Assembly: GCA_902515355.1 (NCBI GenBank)
Contig: CABXUA010000002.1
Location: 15,164 to 79,163 of the forward strand
DNA length: 64,000 nucleotides
From: an uncultured Pelagibacteraceae bacterium
GTDB taxonomy: Bacteria; Pseudomonadota; Alphaproteobacteria; Pelagibacterales; Pelagibacteraceae
Direction: 5' to 3'
In this document: piece after piece, positions 31,670-46,780 of the stretch
How positions within the stretch are numbered: position 1 is the stretch's first letter
How the letters are laid out: every line of letters starts with the position of its first letter
Program-made: the position numbers and the translations under genes
The notes under the pieces: generated by a model
The model's database searches: none
Told to the model about the DNA's origin: nothing
Seen by the model: the letters and a program-made list of their open reading frames with translations, nothing else

Positions 31670-32935
31670 TTAGTGTGCTACTGCAGCAGCTCCATGTTCA
31701 TCAATCAACCTTCCAGTTACAAATCTATCTAAACTAAATGCTGCATTGATTTTGTGAGGATTGTCATTTGCAATTGTATAAGCAAAAACATTGGCACTAC
31801 CTGGGGTAGCTTTAAAACCACCTGTTCCCCAACCACAATTAAAATATAGTCCTTTAATATCGCATTTACTTATTATTGGACTAGCGTCAGGACAGATATC
31901 GACTATCCCGCCCCACTGACGTAACATTTTCATTTTTCCAAATATTGGATAAAGTTCAACTATAGCTCTTATAGTTTCTTCTATAACATCATACCCTCCT
32001 CTTTGAGTAAATGAATTATATCCGTCTGTACCTGCTCCTATAACTAACTCTCCTTTGTCAGATTGACTTACATAAGCATGTACCGCGTTTGACATCACAA
32101 CAGTGTTTATAACTGGTTTGATAGGTTCAGAAACCAAAGCTTGCAAAGGCCTACTTTGTAAAGGTAGTTTTACTCCAGCAGTTGCGGCTAATATACTTGT
32201 ATGTCCTGAAGCAACAATTCCAATTTTTTTTGACTCAATAAATCCACGTGAAGTTTCAACTCCATCTACTTCTCCATTTTTTGTCCTTATTCCTTTAACT
32301 TCACAGTTTTGTATAATATCTACTCCCATCTCATCTGAGCGCATTGCAAATCCCCAAGCCACAGCATCATGACGTGCTACCCCGCCTCTCGGTTGATATG
32401 ATGCTCCGAGAACAGGGTATCTTAGATTATCAGTATTCATTATTGGGACTAGTTTTTTAATTTCACTGGTACCGATCCATCTGGAGTCAAGGCCGTTTAA
32501 TCTGTTTGCACACATTCTTCTTTTTATTTCTTTTATATCGTGTTCGTTGTGAGCTAAATTTAAAACCCCTCTTTGACTAAACATAACATTATAATTTAGA
32601 TTTTCAGATAAATTCTCCCAAAGTTTTAGGGAATGATCGTAAAGTAAAGCGCTTTCATCCCAAAGATAATTTGACCTGATAATGGTTGTGTTTCGTCCAG
32701 TATTACCACAACCTAACCAACCTTTTTCGATTACGGCTATATTTTTAAACCCATGTTCTTTTGCAAGGTAGTAAGCAGTGCCTAGTCCATGCCCGCCGCC
32801 TCCAACAATAATGACATCATAAGATTTTTTTGGTTCAGGACTACGCCACATCTTTTGCCATTTCTCATGGTTCGAGATGGTGTTTTTGAGAATATTAAAT
32901 ATGGAGTACTTTTTTTTCACAGAGGAAATTAACAA
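31670..32935 (-). CDS. soxB: Sarcosine oxidase beta subunit (start may be GTG near 32920)
   Basis: [51 protein letters not shown]. Confidence 0.95.
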   Translation of the reverse strand: MLISSVKKKYSIFNILKNTISNHEKWQKMWRSPEPKKSYDVIIVGGGGHGLGTAYYLAKEHGFKNIAVIEKGWLGCGNTGRNTTIIRSNYLWDESALLYDHSLKLWENLSENLNYNVMFSQRGVLNLAHNEHDIKEIKRRMCANRLNGLDSRWIGTSEIKKLVPIMNTDNLRYPVLGASYQPRGGVARHDAVAWGFAMRSDEMGVDIIQNCEVKGIRTKNGEVDGVETSRGFIESKKIGIVASGHTSILAATAGVKLPLQSRPLQALVSEPIKPVINTVVMSNAVHAYVSQSDKGELVIGAGTDGYNSFTQRGGYDVIEETIRAIVELYPIFGKMKMLRQWGGIVDICPDASPIISKCDIKGLYFNCGWGTGGFKATPGSANVFAYTIANDNPHKINAAFSLDRFVTGRLIDEHGAAAVAH

Positions 32936-32963
32936 AAAAAAATGAAGTCAGCTAGTTCTTGTT

Positions 32964-33290
32964 TTAGTTTAGATTTTTAACTTTTGACAAACTTCGGATT
33001 CTGGCTTTGATTACCTGACACAAATTAGCATCAATAGGTTCTAAAAATTCTACGCAGGGTTGTATCTTATTTTTTGAGATTTTTTTCTTTTCTTTTTGTT
33101 CCTCAGCATAAGACAGTGCATGATTTAGCGGGGTTTTGCCAGTTTTTTTTTTAACGCCATAACTAAATGCAGAATTAACAGACGACTGAACAACTTTCCC
33201 ATCAATCGCACCACTCCCAATGGCCGCCATGTATTCGGCACATCCATTTAAAAAAACAAAAGCAAATAAGAAACAAATAATTTTTTTCAT
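32964..33290 (-). CDS. Hypothetical lipoprotein
   Basis: Lipobox LNGC after hydrophobic signal; SD GGAG. Confidence 0.65.
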   Translation of the reverse strand: MKKIICFLFAFVFLNGCAEYMAAIGSGAIDGKVVQSSVNSAFSYGVKKKTGKTPLNHALSYAEEQKEKKKISKNKIQPCVEFLEPIDANLCQVIKARIRSLSKVKNLN

Positions 33291-33408
33291 ACTTCTCCAA
33301 TATCGTTTGCTTTATTTCATTCTAAACAAAATGTAAAAACAAATCTCCCTGTTAATGAAACTTTAACAAATTCAATCATTAATTGTAAGACAAAAAATAC
33401 CCTTAGAT

Positions 33409-34308
33409 TTAAGGGTTTATTGGGAGTTTTTTATTAGATAAATAAATGCCTGCTATTATAAAAATTGCTCCGACAAAATGGTACATTTCAAATTTTTCTT
33501 TAAAAATAATAATTGCCATAACGGCGCTGAATAAAGGCATCAACTGTATAAACATTGTTGCTCTATTGGGACCAATTAACTCAACTCCTTTTTGCCAACA
33601 GTAATAAGCACCTATTGCGGGAAATATTACTACATAAAGAAGAATTAAAAAAAATTCTGAGTTAAAATTTATTTCTAAACCTATTGATTTTTCATAGTAA
33701 AATTGTGGTATTAAGAAAAGTATTCCCACAGAAACCATTAGCTGTATAAGAGAAAACTGAGAAAATTTAAATTTATTTTTTTTAAGTAGAGTTGAATAAA
33801 GAGACCAAGTAATTACACAAACTAACATCCATAGGTCGCCCTTATTAAAATTTAAAGAAATAATTTTTTGAACATCGCCGTTAGAAATTATTGATCCAAT
33901 TCCTATAATTGACAAAAATAGTCCAAATAATTGAAAAATATTTGTTTTTTCAATTCTCATTAATGATGAAAGAACTATTGTAGCAGCTGGAATAGCTGCA
34001 AGCATTAAAACGGCATTAATTACTTGTGTGTAGTTTAGAGCAAAATAGACAACAGAATTAAAAGTGCTTATTGTGATTACTCCCATAAAACTAATCATAA
34101 GCCAATTTTTTTTAATATAAGGTAAGTTATTGGAGATTTCTTTATAGGTAAAAGGTATTAAAATAAACCAAACTGAAATCCATCTGAAAACGTTAAGAGT
34201 TAACGGAGGAATTTGAAATAGTGATGCAAATTTTCCAACTATGAAGTTGCCAGACCAAAACAAGGCAGCTGATATTAGAAATAGATAAGCTAAATAATCT
34301 TTTTTCAA
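33409..34308 (-). CDS. EamA/DMT-family transporter
   Basis: LFWSGNFIVGK, GDLWML...WSLYS, IGPNRA..F..LMP; about 10 TM; TTG start. Confidence 0.88.
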   Translation of the reverse strand: MKKDYLAYLFLISAALFWSGNFIVGKFASLFQIPPLTLNVFRWISVWFILIPFTYKEISNNLPYIKKNWLMISFMGVITISTFNSVVYFALNYTQVINAVLMLAAIPAATIVLSSLMRIEKTNIFQLFGLFLSIIGIGSIISNGDVQKIISLNFNKGDLWMLVCVITWSLYSTLLKKNKFKFSQFSLIQLMVSVGILFLIPQFYYEKSIGLEINFNSEFFLILLYVVIFPAIGAYYCWQKGVELIGPNRATMFIQLMPLFSAVMAIIIFKEKFEMYHFVGAIFIIAGIYLSNKKLPINP

Positions 34309-34314
34309 ATTTTC

Positions 34315-35562
34315 CTAATCAAATCTTGAGGAGCTATAAGGAGATAAATCTAAATTTGTTTTTTCTTCCATAACAAGTCCTGAGATTATTTTGCCTGTTA
34401 TTGCACCCAAAGTCCAGCCTAAATGATGATGTCCAAAGGCGTAAATAATATTTTTATTTTTTAAAGAAGGACCCATAACTGGTAGAAAATCTGGCAATGT
34501 TGGTCTAAAGCCTAACCATTCATCTTGATGTTTATCAAGCTGAGGTAAAAGTTCTTTTGCACATCTTACTACATAATCAATTCTTTTTTTTGAAGGCGGA
34601 TTTTTAAGTCCTCCAAGTTCAACGGTGCCCACAGCTCTCAAACCTTGGTTCATAGGTGTCATACCAAAACCCCTATCTAAAAAAATTACAGGTCGTTTTA
34701 TTAAATGAGCCATATTTTGGAAATGAACATGATAACCTCTCTCAGTATCTAAAGGTATTTTTTCCTCTAGTTGGTCTGTTAAAGACTTAGAGAATGCTCC
34801 ACAAGCAATAACTCCTTTTTCAAACTTATATTCTTTTTGCTCTGTTTTTATATTCACTTTATCTTTATCAACCTGTATTAAATTTTTAACATTTTGTTTA
34901 ATAAATTTTCCGCCTCTTTTAATGTATTGTTCAAATATTTTTTTTGTAATTCCTTGAGGGTCTCTTGCATGAATAGCATCTTCATAAAAAATTCCTTCAT
35001 GAAATACGGGATTTAAGTTTGGTTCTAAATCTAAGACCTCATCTTTGGTCAAAAGTTTTTGTTTAATGCCAAGTTCTTCTCTTACTTTAATTTCTAATTT
35101 TCTGCTTTTAAGATTATCCTTGGTCCAAATATAAATAATTCCATTCCTTTCAACCAAATTTGTTATGTCTATCTCTTGAAAAATTTCTTCATAAGCATCC
35201 ATGGATAAATTTAAAATTTGATGCATATATTTAGCCGTGTGCATCATAGATTTTTTATTACATGATTTTAGATAACGAAAGATCCACGGAATCATTTTAG
35301 GTATATAATTCCATTTTAAAGCCAAAGGACCATATGAGCTAAAAAGCATTTTAGGAACATCATACAAAACGTCCGGTCGATTTAGCTGTAATACAGCGTA
35401 AGGAGAAAAATGCCCTGCATTTCCATAAGAGGTCATTGATCCAGGATCGTTTCTATCGAAAATTGTTACTTCGACCCCTTTTTTAATCAATTGAAGACCA
35501 ACACATACACCTTGTATGCCTGCTCCAACTATTCCAACAGATTTACATTTGTAATTTTCCAT
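34315..35562 (-). CDS. dadA: D-amino-acid dehydrogenase family flavoprotein
   Basis: VGAGIQG, TSYGNAG, ERGYH, W.GFRPTLPD, FGHHHLGWT. Confidence 0.8.
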   Translation of the reverse strand: MENYKCKSVGIVGAGIQGVCVGLQLIKKGVEVTIFDRNDPGSMTSYGNAGHFSPYAVLQLNRPDVLYDVPKMLFSSYGPLALKWNYIPKMIPWIFRYLKSCNKKSMMHTAKYMHQILNLSMDAYEEIFQEIDITNLVERNGIIYIWTKDNLKSRKLEIKVREELGIKQKLLTKDEVLDLEPNLNPVFHEGIFYEDAIHARDPQGITKKIFEQYIKRGGKFIKQNVKNLIQVDKDKVNIKTEQKEYKFEKGVIACGAFSKSLTDQLEEKIPLDTERGYHVHFQNMAHLIKRPVIFLDRGFGMTPMNQGLRAVGTVELGGLKNPPSKKRIDYVVRCAKELLPQLDKHQDEWLGFRPTLPDFLPVMGPSLKNKNIIYAFGHHHLGWTLGAITGKIISGLVMEEKTNLDLSPYSSSRFD

Positions 35563-35606
35563 ACAAACTTATATTCCAAACTTTAATTAATTTGTAGTGC
35601 GTTAGA

Positions 35607-36092
35607 TTATACTAATACTTCTTTTGTATCTTTATTTACTACAGTAGAGGGCTTACCGTTTTTCTTTGATCTTTTGTCGTCAGATGATTTTTTAGAGAAT
35701 AGAAAGTCGCCGGCTGATCTTGATTCTTTTTTGCCGGCTCCTGATGATTTCTTAATGTAGCCTTCTATGTCAGCTCCATCTTCTGTTCTAAGATTTTGAG
35801 AAAATTCAATATCACCCTTAACAACTCCTGTACTACCTATCACAACATTTTCAGCAGATATCTTGCCATCTAAGTGTCCAAAAATCTCTACTCTATCAGC
35901 TTCGATCTCTCCTGAGATTGATCCTGTATCTTTAATGACTACTTCTTTTGAAATTACCGGTCCTTTAATTAAACCTGCTATGTCTATTGAGCCTGAGCTA
36001 TTTACAGTGCCATCAATACTGACAGTTTCACTAATTAAAGATCTCTCAGTGTCTTTTCTTTCTCCAACTTTTTTTTTATCTGATCCAAACAT
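35607..36092 (-). CDS. Bactofilin (polymer-forming cytoskeletal protein)
   Basis: Repeating I.G.V/I.G.I beta-helix pattern, disordered charged tail. Confidence 0.85.
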   Translation of the reverse strand: MFGSDKKKVGERKDTERSLISETVSIDGTVNSSGSIDIAGLIKGPVISKEVVIKDTGSISGEIEADRVEIFGHLDGKISAENVVIGSTGVVKGDIEFSQNLRTEDGADIEGYIKKSSGAGKKESRSAGDFLFSKKSSDDKRSKKNGKPSTVVNKDTKEVLV

Positions 36093-36180
36093 TTTGTTTA
36101 TTTTTCAAATCTAACCATCATAAATAGAAATAAACAAGTACTAATTATATTTTTTTATTATCCAAAATAGGTCTAATTTA

Positions 36181-37305
36181 CTAGTTTACTGGTACATCTT
36201 TATAAATTTTGCAAGACATTACGATACCCAATCCGAACATTATAGCCATCATTGAAGAACCTCCGTAGGACATAATTGGCAAAGGGGCTCCAACAATTGG
36301 CAATAAGCCTAAAACCATACCCATATTCACTACAACATAGATAAAGAACGCTGTTCCAAAACCATAACAAAACAATTTTCCAAAATTACTTCTTGTTAAA
36401 TGTCCTATGCGTATAATTCTTGAGATTATCAAAAAATACAATAATAATATTGAAACTGAGCCAAAAAAACCAAATTCCTCTGAAAATAAAGTAAAAATAA
36501 AATCAGTATGTTTTTCAGGCAGAAAATCCAAATAACTTTGTGATCCATTTAAAAATCCTTTTCCAAAAAAGCCGCCAGATCCAATTGCTATTTTGGACTG
36601 AATAATTTGATATCCAGCTCCCAAAGGATCCCTATCGGGATTTAAAAAAGTTAGAATTCTAGCTTTCTGGTAAGGTTTAAGAAAAGAAATTGCAATAGGA
36701 GCTAGAGATATAAAGAGTATAGAAGCATATGCAAAAAATTTAATTCTTACTCCAGCTAACCATGCAACTACTATTCCTCCAGCAGCTATCAATACTGCTG
36801 TCCCAAGATCAGGCTGAGTGATTACAAGTAAAACAGGTGCTATTAATACTACTATAGGTAAAAATAAATATTTTACTTTATTAACATCATTAGTAGGTAT
36901 CCTATGATAATATTTAGCCAACAACATAATTAAACCAATTTTCATTAATTCAGAAGGTTGAAGATTAATAATATAGAGATTTATCCATCTTTGTGAGCCT
37001 GAAGACGTTAAACCAAAATATTTAACACCCAGTAAAAGAAGAAAAAAAATAATATAAAGAAATATGCTTGAGCGAAACCATACTTTTAAGTCAAAGAATG
37101 AAACTACAAAAAATAAAAAAAAGAAAACTATAAATCTTACTATATGACTTTTAGTATGGTAGTCAAAATTCCCTCCTGCGGTAGAATACATTGCAAACAT
37201 GCTGATAACTCCAAGTATTAAAATAGAAACTAGCAATATATAATCGATAGAATAAATTTTTTCTTTGAATGATAATGAAGATTGAATTGACCTAGAAGTA
37301 AACAT
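36181..37305 (-). CDS. rodA: Rod shape-determining SEDS glycosyltransferase RodA
   Basis: GSQRWI, QPSELMK, QPDLGT, GYQIIQSKIAIGSGG, PEKHTDFIF. Confidence 0.95.
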   Translation of the reverse strand: MFTSRSIQSSLSFKEKIYSIDYILLVSILILGVISMFAMYSTAGGNFDYHTKSHIVRFIVFFFLFFVVSFFDLKVWFRSSIFLYIIFFLLLLGVKYFGLTSSGSQRWINLYIINLQPSELMKIGLIMLLAKYYHRIPTNDVNKVKYLFLPIVVLIAPVLLVITQPDLGTAVLIAAGGIVVAWLAGVRIKFFAYASILFISLAPIAISFLKPYQKARILTFLNPDRDPLGAGYQIIQSKIAIGSGGFFGKGFLNGSQSYLDFLPEKHTDFIFTLFSEEFGFFGSVSILLLYFLIISRIIRIGHLTRSNFGKLFCYGFGTAFFIYVVVNMGMVLGLLPIVGAPLPIMSYGGSSMMAIMFGLGIVMSCKIYKDVPVN

Positions 37306-37310
37306 AGTTT

Positions 37311-39248
37311 TTATATTTCCTTGCCTATTTCGTTAGTTTGCAACTCTCTTAAATTATCTCTCTCTAATACTTTTTTAATTACTTTTTTTGCAATTGGAGC
37401 CGCTGCTCTACTTCCGGAACCGCCATGTTCTATAATTACACTAATTGCATATTTTGGTTTGTCATATGGTGCAAAAGCTATAAATAATGCATGATCTCTG
37501 TCCTCATATTTTAAATCATCTTGCTTAACTTCTTTTTCTCTTTGTTCAATTGTAAACCTTTTAACCTGAGAAGAACCGGTCTTTCCAGCAAAAATAAAAT
37601 TTTTATCTGTGAACCTTGATCTATAGGATGTTCCGCCAGCTTCGTTAGTAGATGCAAACATAGCATCTTTTACAAAATTAATATTTTCTTGATTTTTAAA
37701 CAGAGGATTAATATTAAAATTTGAAATAAGCAGATCAATTGGCAAAGGATCTTCGGGGTGTTCATTTCTATATTTAATATATTCTTTCAGCCTATTTCTA
37801 TTGTTATCATAATCTAATAAAACTCTCGGTTTGATTTGATAGCCTCCATTTGCTAACTGCGCCGTCATACGACAGAGTTGGATTGGTGTACTCTGAAAAT
37901 AGCCCTGTCCAATACCAGAGTGAAGGGTTTCACCTAGATACCAGTTCGCACCAATGTATTTCTTTTTCCAGGTAGTATTAGGCACTACACCAGATCTTTC
38001 TTCTTTGAATCCATCTAAAACTTTTTCACCCAAACCAAATTTTTTTGAGGTTTCTGATAATCTATCCACACCGAGTCTTCTTGCTATTTCATAAAAATAT
38101 ACATCGCAAGATCTTTTAATTGCGCTCCTCATATTCATAAAGCCATGACCTTTTTTTTCCCAGCAGTGAAACTTTTCTCCATATAGTTCAATAGAGCCTT
38201 TACAATTAACCGTAAGATTAGGGTTTACTATGTCGTTTTCTAAAGCACTTAAGGCAACAAGCGTTTTAATAGTGGAACCTGGCGGATAAAGGCCAGCTAC
38301 AGCTTTATTGATCAGAGGTTTGTCTCTATGTTTCAGCAAATGATTCCAGCTTTTTTGATCAATACCATGGACAAACGAATTTGGGTCATAAGTCGGTGAA
38401 GAAACCATTGATATGATGTCTCCATTATAAATGTCCATCACACATACTGCTCCACTAACTTTGGTCAATAAACTTGAAGTAAAGTTTTGGACTTCTAAAT
38501 CTATTGTTGTCTTAAAACTTTTTCCTGCCTTGCCCTCATCAAGTTTTATTTGACGTATTCTTTTTCCATAAGCGTTTACTTCATATCTTTGAAAGCCTAC
38601 TTCACCTATAATATTCTCATCTAATTTACTTTCCAAACCAGTTTTTCCTACCGCGATACCAGTTACAGACATTTCTCTTAAATACTCTTTCTCTCTCAAT
38701 TCTTTAGCGCTAACTTGAGATACATAGCCTACAACATGAGAAGTAGATTGATGGGAGTAAAGTCTTGCAACTGATACAAGCGGTTCTACGCCTTGTAATT
38801 CATGCAAGAATAAATTTACTCTTGAAAACTCAGACCAGGTCAAATTTTCTGAAACAATAATAGGTTCCCAAGGTTTTTGTTTACTTATTTTTTTTTTCAA
38901 AGTTGCTATTTTTCCATCTGACAGATTAAGAATTTTTTTTAATCTAAAAAATAATATCTCTATATTTGAAGTATTTTCCGGAGTTATGTGTAATTGATAA
39001 ACTTTTTTGTTTGATGCTATCTCTTTATTAAAATAATCTCTGATAATTCCTCTTTTCGGAGCTAATCTCCACTCTCTAAATCTATTTTTATCAGCTAATG
39101 TCATGTATTTTTTACTTTCATTGATCTGGAGAGAGACTAGCCTACCGAAAATTCCTGCGAGAATTACAACTTTTGCTGCTGAAATCATAAACATTCTTCT
39201 GCTAATTAACTTTGATTTATTAATGGTTCCTGAAGAAGTGCTAATCAT
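37311..39248 (-). CDS. mrdA: Penicillin-binding protein 2
   Basis: YPPGSTIK (SxxK), SCD (SxD), GKTGSSQ. Confidence 0.95.
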   Translation of the reverse strand: MISTSSGTINKSKLISRRMFMISAAKVVILAGIFGRLVSLQINESKKYMTLADKNRFREWRLAPKRGIIRDYFNKEIASNKKVYQLHITPENTSNIEILFFRLKKILNLSDGKIATLKKKISKQKPWEPIIVSENLTWSEFSRVNLFLHELQGVEPLVSVARLYSHQSTSHVVGYVSQVSAKELREKEYLREMSVTGIAVGKTGLESKLDENIIGEVGFQRYEVNAYGKRIRQIKLDEGKAGKSFKTTIDLEVQNFTSSLLTKVSGAVCVMDIYNGDIISMVSSPTYDPNSFVHGIDQKSWNHLLKHRDKPLINKAVAGLYPPGSTIKTLVALSALENDIVNPNLTVNCKGSIELYGEKFHCWEKKGHGFMNMRSAIKRSCDVYFYEIARRLGVDRLSETSKKFGLGEKVLDGFKEERSGVVPNTTWKKKYIGANWYLGETLHSGIGQGYFQSTPIQLCRMTAQLANGGYQIKPRVLLDYDNNRNRLKEYIKYRNEHPEDPLPIDLLISNFNINPLFKNQENINFVKDAMFASTNEAGGTSYRSRFTDKNFIFAGKTGSSQVKRFTIEQREKEVKQDDLKYEDRDHALFIAFAPYDKPKYAISVIIEHGGSGSRAAAPIAKKVIKKVLERDNLRELQTNEIGKEI

Positions 39249-39759
39249 TTCTGTGTATTCCTGTTAAAATTCCATACCAATTAAAAATAACCCAAAACAA
39301 CGGATAAAATAAAAAGGTAAAGAGTGAATTATAAAATAAACTGGAGTATGTTATAGAAAGTTCAGAAAAATTAGATATCAGTAATAAATAAGTTAAGTTT
39401 GCAAAAAATATTGCTATTATAAATGTGAACCAGTCGGTAAATAAAGTCATTTTTACAGTAACGTTTTTAATATAAATCGCTACAAACGCTGTGACCAAAT
39501 AAGTTAATGGGCTTGTTCCCATGGGCAAACCCATAATAATGTCATTTATAATTCCAGCAAAAAAAACGTGTCCGTTACCTAGTAAAGGTGGATCCCTAAG
39601 CATCCAGTAATAAATAATTACAAATTGTAGATTGAAAGATAATATTGTGAAATAGTTGCTAAATTCAGTATCTAATTCTGTTATAGCTAAAAAATACAAA
39701 AGGATTAATGGACCTAAATTCACAAATTGTCTTTTAAAATTTTTAAAAATAATTGCCAT
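39241..39759 (-). CDS. mreD: Rod shape-determining protein MreD
   Basis: Hydrophobic, YYW...P...GII.DI..G.P.G; between mreC and mrdA. Confidence 0.85.
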   Translation of the reverse strand: MAIIFKNFKRQFVNLGPLILLYFLAITELDTEFSNYFTILSFNLQFVIIYYWMLRDPPLLGNGHVFFAGIINDIIMGLPMGTSPLTYLVTAFVAIYIKNVTVKMTLFTDWFTFIIAIFFANLTYLLLISNFSELSITYSSLFYNSLFTFLFYPLFWVIFNWYGILTGIHRND

Positions 39760-39760
39760 A

Positions 39761-40624
39761 TTAAAATTTATTGCTTTCTGAATTAGTTAAAATTACATGA
39801 ACAAACGATAATTGATTAGAGTCAGAAAATAATTTTACCTTCACTTCATTATTTTCAAAAAATATTTTTCCAATTGGGATTCCATTTGGAAAAATTCCAT
39901 CTTTTCCAGAGGTATAAACAGTTGAATTATCTTCTAACTCAAATCCCTCTGGCAAATACTCTAATTTGGGATACTCATCGCCAGAGCCTGATAAAATTGC
40001 GTGCAAAGCAGAATTACCAACAATAATTGGTATTTTGCTATTCAAATCATTTAGTAACAAAATTCTTGAGGATAAATAATTAACCTCAACTACTCTACCT
40101 GCTAAATAATTTTGATCAAGAACAGGCATCCCTTTTCTAATACCAGATCTACTTCCTTTGTTTAAAATAAGTGATTTTAAAAAGGGACTTTCTTTATCTA
40201 ATAAAACTTTTGCAGAAACATTATTAATAATATTAGATTCTAAAACTTCCTGGGATGAATCAACCGCTTTTTTTAAATTTTTATTTTCTGTTAATAAAAA
40301 TTCATTCTGAAAATTCTTTTTCTTAAATTCTTTAAGTTCTTCTTTTAAAATTTTATTTTCTTGATAAGTAAATATATGATCTTGAGTTTTATCTTTAAGA
40401 AAAGTGACAAATTTAATAGGAGAAGTAGCTATAGAAGAAGTTAAATAAATTCCATCGTTTAATAACGATCTCGTTTTATCCATAATTTTACTAGGAAAAC
40501 TGTCTAGAAAAAAAATTAGAATAGAAAGGCAAATTAAAAAAAATAAAGAAAATTTTTGTTTCGCCCCTCTTTGTAAGAGGGCTGAACGAATTACTATGCC
40601 AAAATCATCTCTACTTGCAGACAT
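39761..40624 (-). CDS. mreC: Rod shape-determining protein MreC
   Basis: TM, coiled coil (ENK.LK), GRVVEV...SRILLL.D, TSG.DGIFP.GIPIG. Confidence 0.92.
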   Translation of the reverse strand: MSASRDDFGIVIRSALLQRGAKQKFSLFFLICLSILIFFLDSFPSKIMDKTRSLLNDGIYLTSSIATSPIKFVTFLKDKTQDHIFTYQENKILKEELKEFKKKNFQNEFLLTENKNLKKAVDSSQEVLESNIINNVSAKVLLDKESPFLKSLILNKGSRSGIRKGMPVLDQNYLAGRVVEVNYLSSRILLLNDLNSKIPIIVGNSALHAILSGSGDEYPKLEYLPEGFELEDNSTVYTSGKDGIFPNGIPIGKIFFENNEVKVKLFSDSNQLSFVHVILTNSESNKF

Positions 40625-40642
40625 CTAAATTTATTTATTAAA

Positions 40643-43268
<2,626 letters not shown>

Positions 43269-43392
43269 AAATTATAGTTCTAAAAAATGACAGTTAAATG
43301 TTAAAACTAATTCTTAATAATACTATAGTACAATTAATAGTAGAATTTGCAAAATATTTTTGCAATTACTTTGGCTTTAAGATCATATTGGG

Positions 43393-44976
<1,584 letters not shown>

Positions 44977-44977
<1 letters not shown>

Positions 44978-46743
44978 TATACCAATACTTTCCCCTCTTC
45001 CGAGATTTCCTCTTTTTCGTCTTGCTCGCCTAGTAACATTTGATTATGTGGTTTTCCTGAAGGAATCATAGGAAAACAATTTTCATTTTTGTCGACCACA
45101 CAATCAAAGATTACAGGTTTATTTACATCAAGCATTTCTTTAATTTTATCATCAAGTTCTTTAGGGTTTGTTGCTCTTATTCCTATACAGCCATAAGCTT
45201 CTGCTAATTTTACAAAATCTGGCAAAGCAGCCGTATAACTTTCGGAGTAATTTTTTTCATGTAATAACTCCTGCCACTGCCTTACCATTCCCATATATTG
45301 GTTATTTAAAATAAAAATCTTAATTGGTAAATTATATTGAACAGCTGTGGACATTTCTTGCATCGTCATTAGGACAGATGCTTCTCCTGCAATGTCTATA
45401 ACTAATTTACCAGGATTAGCTACTTGAACTCCAACCGCTGCTGGTAAACCGTAGCCCATCGTACCAAGGCCCCCTGAGGTCATCCATCTATTAGGCTTGT
45501 TAAATTTATAATGTTGAGCAGCCCACATCTGATGTTGACCAACTTCAGTAGTAACATAAGTGTCGTGATTTTTGGTTAACTCGTAAAGCCTTTTTACAGC
45601 ATGTTGAGGTTTTATTATCTCATTGCTGTTTTTAAAATTTAAAGATTTTTTTTGCCTCCATTTATCTATTTGGCTCCACCATTTTGCAGTTTTTTGTTTA
45701 TTAGATTTTAAAAAATCTTTATTTTTTTCTTTAAAAATTTTAATTAAGTTTTTTAGTAACTCAGAAACATCGCTGATAATTGCTAAATCAACTTTCACGT
45801 TTTTTCCTACCGATGATGGATCGATATCAATGTGAACTTTTTTTGAGTTAGGTGAAAATTCATCTACTTTTCCTGTAATTCTATCATCAAATCTAGCTCC
45901 AATATTTATCATTAAATCACAATCATGCATTGCGTTATTTGCTTCGTAAGTTCCGTGCATACCAAGCATGCCTAAAAATTGTGGATCATCTCCTGGATAA
46001 GCTCCCAGACCTTGTAAGGTTGAGGTTATAGGGAAACCAGTAAGTGAGACTAATTCTCTAAGAAGTTTGCTAGCCTCTGGTCCAGAATTAATTACACCAC
46101 CACCAGTATAAAATATTGGCTTAGAAGACTGTTTAATCATTTTAATTAATTTTTCTACATCTTTAAGATTAGTTTTTTTAATTATCTTTCCATTTAGTTT
46201 TAAAGATTTGCTTTTTTTAAATTTATATTTAGCTTTTTTAAATTGAACATCTTTGGGAATATCAACTAAAACCGGCCCAGGTCTTCCTGTCGTAGCTACC
46301 TCGAAAGCCTTGTGAATTACTTCAGCGAGTTCGTTAACATCTTTCACAAGCCAATTATGCTTTGTACAAGGTCGAGTGATTCCAGTTGTGTCTGCTTCTT
46401 GAAAAGCGTCAGTTCCTATTAAATGAGTGGGAACTTGTCCTGAAATACAAACCAAAGGAACGGAGTCCATGTAAGCATCTGTTAATGCAGTTACAGCGTT
46501 TGTTGCTCCTGGTCCTGATGTAACTAACAACACTCCTGGTTTGCCTGAGGATCTTGCATATCCTTCCGCTGCATGACCAGCGCCTTGTTCATGCCTTACT
46601 AAAATATGTTTTATTGTGTTATGATTTTTTAATTCATCATAGATTGGAAGAACTGCTCCTCCAGGGTAACCAAAAATATGCTCTACTTTTTGATCCTCCA
46701 GACATTTAAATACTATTTCTGCGCCACTGAATAATTTTGACAT
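44977..46743 (-). CDS. ilvI: Acetolactate synthase large subunit
   Basis: [32 protein letters not shown]. Confidence 0.93.
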
Positions 46744-46780
46744 TTGTACAATCTATCGGAGAATCGACTTGCGTCAAGTT

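Noticed and set aside
33352-33367. TTAA-N7-TTAAC CtrA-box-like sequence
   Set aside because: Expected by chance in very AT-rich DNA, with no supporting cell-cycle context
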